Shown: positions 55,502 through 64,000 of the stretch, one piece after another
How the letters are laid out: every line of letters begins with the position of its first letter
Numbering within the stretch: position 1 is the stretch's first letter
Made by a program: the position numbers and the translations under genes
Assembly: GCA_000320545.1 (NCBI GenBank)
Contig: ADNK01003385.1
Location: 9,200-73,199, forward strand
Length of the DNA: 64,000 nucleotides
Direction: 5' to 3'
Origin: Bigelowiella natans CCMP2755
Lineage: Eukaryota > Protista > Cercozoa
Notes under the pieces: generated by a model
The model's database searches: none
What the model was told of the DNA's origin: nothing
The model's input: only the letters and a program-made list of their open reading frames with translations

Positions 55502-57566
55502 ACGCAAGGGAGAATTCACCATGCATTTCCAAATGATTCTTCCCAGAAGTCAGCGATCGTGAAGTACCTCATTGACATGGAGGCAAACATTGAGGCGAAA
55601 GACGACAACGGTGGGTACCAATGCCAGCACTTAGGCAGCAGTTGGAGAAGATGTTACACAATTTGAAATGATTACATGACAATGCATTAGGTCATACTCC
55701 GTTGATCGCGGGTTGCTGTGAAGGTAATTTTGAGATCGTGAAGTCCCTGGTCAACATGAAGGCAAACATTGAGGCGAAAAACAAGAATGGTGGGTACCAA
55801 TGCTAGCATTTAGGCAGCAGTTGTAGAAGATGTTACATGCTTTCAACTAATTACATGATAATGCATTAGGTGATACTCCGTTGCTCGCGGGTTCCCAAAT
55901 GGGTAATTTTGAGATCGTAAAGTACCTGGTTAACATGAAGGCAAACATTGAGGCGAAAAACAAGAATGGTGGGTACCAATGCTAGCATTTAGGCAGCAGC
56001 TGTAGAAGATGTTACATGCTTTCAACTAATTACATAATAATGCATTAGGTGATACTCCGTTGATGATGAGTTGCTGTGAGGGTAATTTTGAGATCGCAAA
56101 GTACCTCATTGACATGGAGGCAAACATTGAGGCGAAAGACGACAACGGTGGGTACCAATGCTAGCATTTAGGCAGCAGTTGTAAAAATGTTACATAAATT
56201 GAAATGATTACATAACGATGCATTAGATTATACTCCGTTGCTCGTGGGTTCCCAAATGGGTAATTTTGAGATCGTAAAGTACCTGGTTAACATGAAGGCA
56301 AACATTGAGGCGAAAAACAAGAATGGTGGGTACCAATGCTAGCATTTAGGCAGCAGTTGTAGAAGATGTTGCACACTTTCAACTAATTACATAACAATGC
56401 ATTAGGTGATACTCCATTGATCGCGGCTTGCAGACACGGTAATTTTAGGATCGTAAAGTACCTGGTGAACATGAAGGCAAACATTGAGGCGAAAGGCGAA
56501 GACGGTGTGTACCAATGCTAGCATTTAGGCAGCAGTTGTAGAAGATGTTACACACTTTCAACTGATTACATAACGATGCATTAGGTCATACTCCGTTGCT
56601 CGCGGGTTTGCTCGAGAGTTCCCTTGAGACTGAATTTGAGATCGTAAAGTACCTGGTTGACATGAAGGCAAACATTGAGGCGAAAGACGACGACGGTGGG
56701 TACCAATGCTAGCACTTAGGCAGCAGTTATGGAAGATGTTACATGCTTTCAACTAATTACACAACGATGCATTAGGTGATGCTCCGTTGATGTACGGCAT
56801 CAAACTGATGGATTCTAGGATCGTGAAGTACCTTATTGACATGAAGGCAAACATTGAGGCGATAGGCAGATACGGTGGGTACCAATGCTAGCATTTAGGC
56901 AGCAGTTGGAGAAGATGTTACATAATTTGAAATGATTACATGATGATGCATTAGGTCATACTCCGTTGATCATGGGTTCCATGAAGGGTGATTTAAAGAT
57001 CGTGAAGTCCCTGGTTAACATGAAGGCAAACATTGAGGGGGAAAACAAAGAGCACGGTGGGTACCAATGCTAGAAGATGTTACATGATTTGAAATGATTA
57101 CATAACAATGCATTAGGTGATACTCCGTTGATTTGGGGTTGCTCTAAGAGACATTTTGGGATCGTAAAGTATCTGATTGATATGAAGGCAAACATTGAGG
57201 CTGAAAACAACCACGGTGGGTACCAATGCTAGCATTTAGGCAGTAGCTGTGGAAGATATTAATATGAAATGATTGCATAACAATGCATTAGGTTGTACCC
57301 CGTTGATCGCGGCTTGCACAAACGATAATTTTGGGATCGTAAAGTACCTGGTTAACATGAAAGCAAACATTGAGGCTGAAAATAGAAATGGGGACACTCC
57401 CTATGGCTTGACAAACGATGATGCAATCAAAATCTTCATCAAACAAGATTGCATTGAGCGACGGGCCCAGGTGTTCTACAGAGACTTGAGGGAATTGCAC
57501 ATGTTGAGCACGGAATTGAAGCGAGGGCTGGGGGCGGAAATGGTTGCCATGAGCTCGAAAAAATAG
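55502..57566 (+). CDS. Ankyrin-repeat protein encoded by tandem one-repeat exons (5' end not resolved)
   Basis: Ten near-identical GT..AG introns separate exons of the form G(D/H)TPLxxxxxxGNFEIVKYLVNMKANIEAKxxxG. The last exon runs to TAG at 57564-57566. Confidence 0.9.
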
Positions 57567-57614
57567 ACACACACAGGAGCAGATGCGCGTAATCTACAAG
57601 GTGGGCGGCCTTAG

Positions 57615-58635
57615 CTTCACATTGTCCTGTTGCCAATGTGAAGAACTGAGCAGATGCAATGTTTGCTCATGAGGTGTTGTTTGAAAATCAGCATTTTTTG
57701 TGCATTCACACACATCACAGCATGTTGTGAAAAGGCCTTTGGATGTGCTTTGGCGGCATCTGCAAATGACGTTGTGCCCAAAAGTTTTTCATTGTGTGTC
57801 CCATCTTCGATTTTCTGTGTCATCTTGGTTGAAGCTGTTTCGCAAGATCCATTTTTCATGAATGCACATTGATGTTTGCTGGTGTTTTCCGGTGGGATTG
57901 CTTCACGGAAGCGAAGTTCGATCAGTTTGTCTTCAACTTTTGAAGCCATTTGGAGGAGGGAGGTGTGTGTTGTGGTTTGCTGTGCTGGCTGTGGCGCGTG
58001 TTTGCGATCAGGACACGCACGTGTGTTGCTCGATCGTGCATGGTCGCATGCGTCATTCTCACAATCACGTGTGCGAAACCTGGCTTGGAACGTGTCATCT
58101 CAACCGTTCCAACGCGAAACGCACTGACGTGGTCACAGGGTGCACATCCAGAGATCCACGATGTGAGTGCACGTGTTGTCAGAGACAACGTGTGCACGGT
58201 CTCCAGGACACAGCACAAATCAATGCGCACTCTGGCAACAGTTTTGCCCCTCGTGTGGCTGCACAGCTCCTGTGGCTTTGTGCACTGCAAACATCGTCCA
58301 GCGTTTTGGAAGTGCAGTTCATCACGTGCAACGAAACGCAGTGCCTCGAATCGAACAATGAACGATGTCGACTTCTTGGTGAAAAGTGGCGCAAACATCG
58401 TTGCGTTTGTGAACAATGAACAATGAACAAGTGAACAAGTTGTGGACACAGTGCTGGCACACACAGTGCACGTGTGACGTCACACGTCTGTCATCAGCAT
58501 CCCCTGGCTGTGCTGATCGTGGACACAATGACAGCACACACAGTGCACGTGTGACATTGCACGTCCATTGTGCAATGGTGAAAAACTGCACTTCCAAAGT
58601 GTTGCAAGACATTGTTGCGCACGACACTGGAACCC

Positions 58636-58669
<34 letters not shown>

Positions 58670-61600
58670 GCAAGAATGGCTGCGACTTGCAACGATGATT
58701 GTCGCGGTGAAACGTTCCCCCAAGGACTTCCTTTGGCGATCGGCGATTCAAAAGCTCGAGGTGCTTGCACGTTTGCATGCCTGTCTCCAACGTGGCTCTT
58801 GCATCAAATTTTTTTTGCATCGTTCATTGTTCGTTCATTGTTCATTGCGTTTGCCATCTTCAGTTCACCTCACCTCCACCGCATCGACGTGTTCGTGATC
58901 ACGCTGCTTTTCACGACACAAACCAATGCTGGTCGTCTGATTCCGTGCCCGGGGCAAGTCTCCTCGGATGCAAGGGACGTTCAAGACCTGATCGACATTG
59001 GGCCGAGGGCCATCGGTCCGGTGAGGAAACACCACATGCAATCAGAATCTCCCTGAACTTTTGTTGAACGTCGTTTGTGGACAACTTGCGCTTGCAGTGT
59101 TGGGGAAAATTGCGCATGGCAGCAGACCCAGGATTCTTCAGACTGAACGCATCGAGTCGAGCGCTCCCTTGCAGAGAGGGGAGTTGCTGTCCCACGACCG
59201 AACCTGCATTCTGCTGCACGTTTTCTCATTCACAGCAAGACACGTGACACACGAACTCACATCAACACGCCCGCCGCCATGGTGTCTGCAATTCCCTCAC
59301 GACAATCTGATGTTGTCGATCGGTTTCAATGACAAAGCGTTGCTTCGATGCCACACGATGGACAACGTGACACGATGTGTGTGCTGCACGTGCGTCGTGT
59401 CACTGTGTCCATGATGAATGGACAACGTGACGTGATGCAGACCACGTGCATGTCACATTGCTGTGTCTGCAACACATCGATTGACGACCTTTCTGGATTG
59501 CAACGGGTCCTGGTCATTTCTGCTCTCGGGATGCGACTTCAATGAGTCCATGTGAGCAAGGGCAGAGATCAACATTGAGTGACAACAGCAGATGAGTCTT
59601 TGTCCAGTGGATCGGTGCATCAAACATGCACCATGATGAGGAATGATCACGTCATCTGCGGGACGTTTTGCCCGCCACAGTCAGTTGAAAAACCAAATTG
59701 CCCTCCGCTTGCGGTCTCCAGATGCACACATTCATCCATTGAACCAGCAACAATTTGTCAATGCATTGTTGCTTGACTTTTCCCTCTCATGCACATTTTC
59801 GTTTTCTCGTCACATTGATGACGTTTCTGAATCTCAACACAAAGGTTTGTGAAGCCCGAACAGACACTCAAGACAAAGCATGACCGACAACGTGCAGCAC
59901 AGGGATGAGCTGCAATTGGATGAAAAGTGTTGCAAACTGTTGTCAGAGTCATCCATTGACCATGCTCACCACGTTCATCGGGGAACAATTCTTTTCACGT
60001 TTGCATTCGTTGTGCCTTTGTGGAGCCTTTGGTGCACTTGCAACGTCGGGAGCCATCAAAAGGCAGCGTCGTCAATGCGTTTCGTGTTTCGCCTTTGTGC
60101 ATCGTCATCATTCATTCATGAAGGTGACAGTTGTCATCGATGTGCACTTGTTTCACTTGATCTCTTGATGGGATGACATGCACATGAAAATGATTCAAGA
60201 GGTCGAGGTGGAAGAGCGGCTTGAATGTGATCGCACGAGACAGCTCCTTTTGCGAAAAAACACATCAGGGACTGACATCACTGGCAGCAATCCTGTGACG
60301 GAAAAATGTCTTCTCAGCGATGATGAACTGTGTGAGAAAAGGGAGAATTTTGTCACCAGAGGAAGCTTTGGCAAATCGGTGAAATGCAAATCGATTTCCG
60401 GGCAATCGCATTGCAAATCGTCACAAGGTACGTTGCGATGTCAGAATTCGCAGGCTCCTGACACGAACACTGACACTGCGGAGGACATCAAGATGGTGGG
60501 CACTTGCCACCAGGCAGCGCGCTACTGCACTTGTGCCTTGACAACACCGAAAACCAAACGTGCCAACAGCAATGTCATCAGAGACAGAAAGTTGATGTTG
60601 CAATCACTTCTGGCATTGACCTTGAACACCTTCATTGTGCAGGATGCTGCACCGAAGAAATCAACAGACGAAGCGAAAGCAGAGCACATTGACGATGAGA
60701 CAGGTTCTGACGAGCAGCAGCGCTAGAGCGTCTGGAAAAACGACAGCAACTGCAACCCGACACTTCTGCGACGATGAAAATCACACCAGGTCTCTCTGAG
60801 CATGAGAACCTGCCCAGGAAGAGCGAGGCGACCTCAAAACACAAGGTGGATCAGCACTTTGAAGGAAAAAACAAGGCTGTTGAAGAGACAATGAGAAAGG
60901 TGACAAATGGACATGCAATGTTTCCATCCTGATGGATTCCTCTTTTGCACCATGTGATCAATGGTTGTTCATTCTTGCAGGAGACACACTTTGCCATTGG
61001 ATTCGAGAACTTAGAGCACAGACTTCCAGACGGATGTGCGATCATGGAAGGTGTCTCGGGCCAGCGGGGGAGTTCAAGGCAGGGCGCCTTTGTGCTGTCA
61101 TGGGACCATCTGGAGCTGGGAAAACGCATGAATGTGGCACATTGTTGCACAATCAGAAACGTTCTCGGCATGACAAACAATGACAGCCACACAGCATGTG
61201 AAACGCCAAATGACAAATGCAGGATGTTGAGTGTTCCTCGAATCATGGACGTCTCATCACTTGTTTCTTTGCAAAATTCTGTCTCACACAGGACGCTTTT
61301 CAACTTGATCACAGGAAAGGCAAAGCGCACGGGTGGGCGCGCACTGTTGAACGGAGAAGAGGAGGAACCATCTGATTGCAAACGATTGGAATGATGCAAT
61401 TTTGCAGATTGCTGAGCCATGCAGTCTGATTGAGCTGCTGCACTTGTGGTTGATCTGAGTGTTGCATGGATTGTGCGCTGGTTGTGACACCTGCTAGACA
61501 CCTCGCGCTCACTGAAATGCAAAACTTGTCACAGGTTTGACCAATCTGTGCATGTGCGTCGCGCGCACGTGCATCACACATGCTGGCATGTTGCATGCGC

Positions 61601-61800
61601 GCATGCGCAGCAAACGATGTTGTCAATGCTTTGCCGCGTGGACACGTGGATGCCATCAAGTGTCTGTTCACATGTGCAGCCTCCACGGAGCGCACATGAT
61701 GCCATGTGGCATTGACGACCATTGCCAGCATTGGCACCATGCACATCCATGAAAATGCTAGCCATGCACGACTACATGCAGGTCCGTGCTGTGGCTGTTC
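57615..61800. other. TpA-free domain 3 (pseudogene relics)
   Basis: Only ~7 TA in ~4.2 kb, several of them in CTAG. Confidence 0.9.
58900..61450 (+). pseudogene. Hypermutated ABCG (white/ABCG24-28-like) transporter pseudogene; Cys-rich N-part plus start of the NBD
   Basis: FAIGFENL.(H)RLPDG..IMEGVSGEFKAGRLCAVMGPSGAGKT (Walker A) is followed after an intron by TLFNLITGKAKRTGGRALLNG. There are frameshifts, a donor altered to GC, and no downstream NBD/TMD. The 5' limit is approximate. Confidence 0.75.
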
Positions 61801-61887
61801 TCTCTCTTTTTCTTGGTTGACATTCCACAATTCACACCACATTCGTGTCTAAATCCTAACAATAGGAAGTCTCTGTAGATTTTTTTT

Positions 61888-62406
61888 TCAACATGCGAAA
61901 GTGTGACTACGATTTCTATCAATGAAATAATTGTTTTGGCTCAATTTCGTATTAGAATTTTGAGCATCGTCATTTCTGTATGATTCCTGTTTTCTGAGTG
62001 GCTCTTTTACAGATCTCTTTATCTCTTTATCAATGTTTTCAAATATTCTATCGTCGTTTACACTCTTGTTCTGCCATTCTACTGAACTATCACGATTTGT
62101 GTTTCTTAGATACTGACGACTATGCGGATGTAGTGGAGATTGCAGTAGACTATCATTACTCTGGGAAAAAACTGCATTGGAAGATGCGACATTATTTTTA
62201 TTTGATAGAAAAGAATCTCCTTTCCGAATAGATGCAATCTCTATTCCAACTTGGTCATTCTTGTTTTTATCTTCTTGTGTTTCATCATTTCCTTTTTTTT
62301 GAACTTCCTCTCCAAGGCAGGTGCAGCACTAAGAGTTGGGAAAATCATAGACGAGAGGAATAAAATCGATCAAAATTCTACGCACACGCAAACACACAGC
62401 ACACAG

Positions 62407-62448
<42 letters not shown>

Positions 62449-62472
62449 GGTCGGTGCGACCGGTTGATTAAA

Positions 62473-62530
<58 letters not shown>

Positions 62531-62586
62531 GCGTACGTGTATGCGTGCGCGCGCGCAGATTATATACACACACAGACACACATATA

Positions 62587-62629
<43 letters not shown>

Positions 62630-63404
62630 CAGTTTATCTTTTACCACAAAAATACATCTTTGAAGACACAACCCAATTATACGGCAGCAACTGCAACCTT
62701 TGGTATCCTTTGAAACATCAAATATGATTGATAACTTTCTGAGCAAAACAATTTTTGCCTGTGCACGAGAAATGAATATTGGCATTCTTACATCGGAAGA
62801 GTAACCATCAATTACCATAATTTCACATGCGCAAACTATGATAAACTACATTATTTAAATTAAAAAGAAGCTTCTTATCACATAAGACATGAACATTTCT
62901 AATTTATCGAATGAAATGTGATTTTGATTGGCATACATTGAATATTATTCACTATAACTAAATTAATAATTGATTAAGCTGATGATCAAATACAACTACA
63001 ACCTCTTCTTCCAAATTCTTACGTAAAGCAGATGATAGTTGCCAACATGCAACAACTATTCCGATGTATAAATAATAGAAGAGAGACACATTTCCTGAAT
63101 AATTATTATGGATTACTTATTTATGATTGAATAAATACAATCAAGAAGTTATTTCAAACACATAACTAGAAAACTTGGAAAAATAAGCTACGATGAATAG
63201 AAGAAGTATCTTATTGTTTATGTGGCTATGATTGTATGTATTACTAAGATAATAATGTAAGAATGTTTAGATGTCTTTCTGTATCACATGTACTGGAATC
63301 TAAAATAATATACCATCAAAAAGCCATTTCAACAAAGTTGAAAGAATTTATCGATAGTAATTTATCAAAATTTTCCTGGGTAAAATTAACATAGTGTATG
63401 TTCA

Positions 63405-63443
<39 letters not shown>

Positions 63444-63570
63444 TTTAATATTATATATGTGTGTATGTGTTTGCATGTAAGCGAGTCTCACAGAACCGAG
63501 AGTGAGCGAGATACTTGCAAAAGGTGAATTCAGCAGTGTCTTTGATATCTGAAGGAATAGCAATGGGACA
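61888..63570 (-). CDS. 3' part of an uncharacterised spliced gene, possibly a membrane protein with an N/D/S-rich tail
   Basis: A ~150-codon stop-free minus-strand frame spans 61888-62340 ([23 protein letters not shown]...). Upstream exon-like segments ([22 protein letters not shown]; [17 protein letters not shown]) lie between microsatellite introns. Confidence 0.45.
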
Positions 63571-63722
63571 AAATAACAAATTTAACAGAATACATTTAAC
63601 AGAATACGTTAACCTCTACATAGAAAATGTTTTTTAATTGTCTACCAATTTAATGTTCTACATTTTATATATACCGACAGATAAAGAAATATTAACATTT
63701 ACATGACACATCAATATTTACA

Positions 63723-63785
<63 letters not shown>

Positions 63786-64000
63786 GTGGGATGTATGTGT
63801 GTATATATGTGTATGTGTCTGTATATATATAAAAAAAAAAAAAAGAAAGAGAGAGAAAAAAAAAACACTTTATATGTGGAGGTGTGTGCATTGGGGTATA
63901 TATATTGTGATATATTTGTTTTTTTGTGTGTGTGTTATTTACATATATATATAAGACTCAGATAGGTATTTTGTGTGTGTGTCTCTCTCTCTCTCTCTCG

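Noticed and set aside
55600-57300. CRISPR-like repeat/spacer array
   Set aside because: The units are ~179 bp; the constant part is a GT-AG intron plus ankyrin scaffold codons. The context is eukaryotic and there are no cas genes.
58250-58420. Possible second decayed ankyrin repeat (DVDFLVKSGANI)
   Set aside because: It is a single short resemblance in heavily mutated DNA, which is insufficient support.
49500-61800. Dense overlapping Cys/His-rich ORFs in all six frames
   Set aside because: These follow from TA loss: TAA/TAG stops and Tyr codons cannot occur. They are not real genes.
49500-61800. CpG methylation decay or classical RIP as the cause of TG/CA excess
   Set aside because: CG is abundant and conserved between repeat copies while TA is absent. 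Both of those processes would keep or increase TA.

Overview
Intron-rich eukaryotic nuclear DNA. A signal peptide plus transit-like leader on a plastid-type SerRS suggests a secondary-plastid alga, most likely a chlorarachniophyte (inference). Spliced genes read by eye alternate almost strictly in strand: PhoD(+), long-N-terminus phosphate carrier(-), nodulin-like MFS(+), SerRS(-), MBF1(+), tyrosine aminotransferase(-), cytosolic MDH(+), cold-shock protein(-), coiled-coil protein(+), Ser/Thr kinase(-), MetAP1(+), ankyrin exon-array gene(+), and an unknown gene(-). There are two standout signals. (1) Sharply bounded domains (~43.45-44.2, ~49.5-54.9, ~57.6-61.8 kb) have lost nearly every TpA dinucleotide through TA->TG/CA changes. 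They cover a pogo-type transposase relic, repeats and an ABCG pseudogene, and a milder CTAG-rich form marks the spacers between convergent genes. This looks like a targeted 'reverse-RIP' A-to-G hypermutation. (2) An ankyrin gene is built from ~179-bp units of one repeat-exon plus a near-identical intron, with hypervariable binding-surface residues. Exon boundaries and dinucleotide counts were read manually and are approximate.
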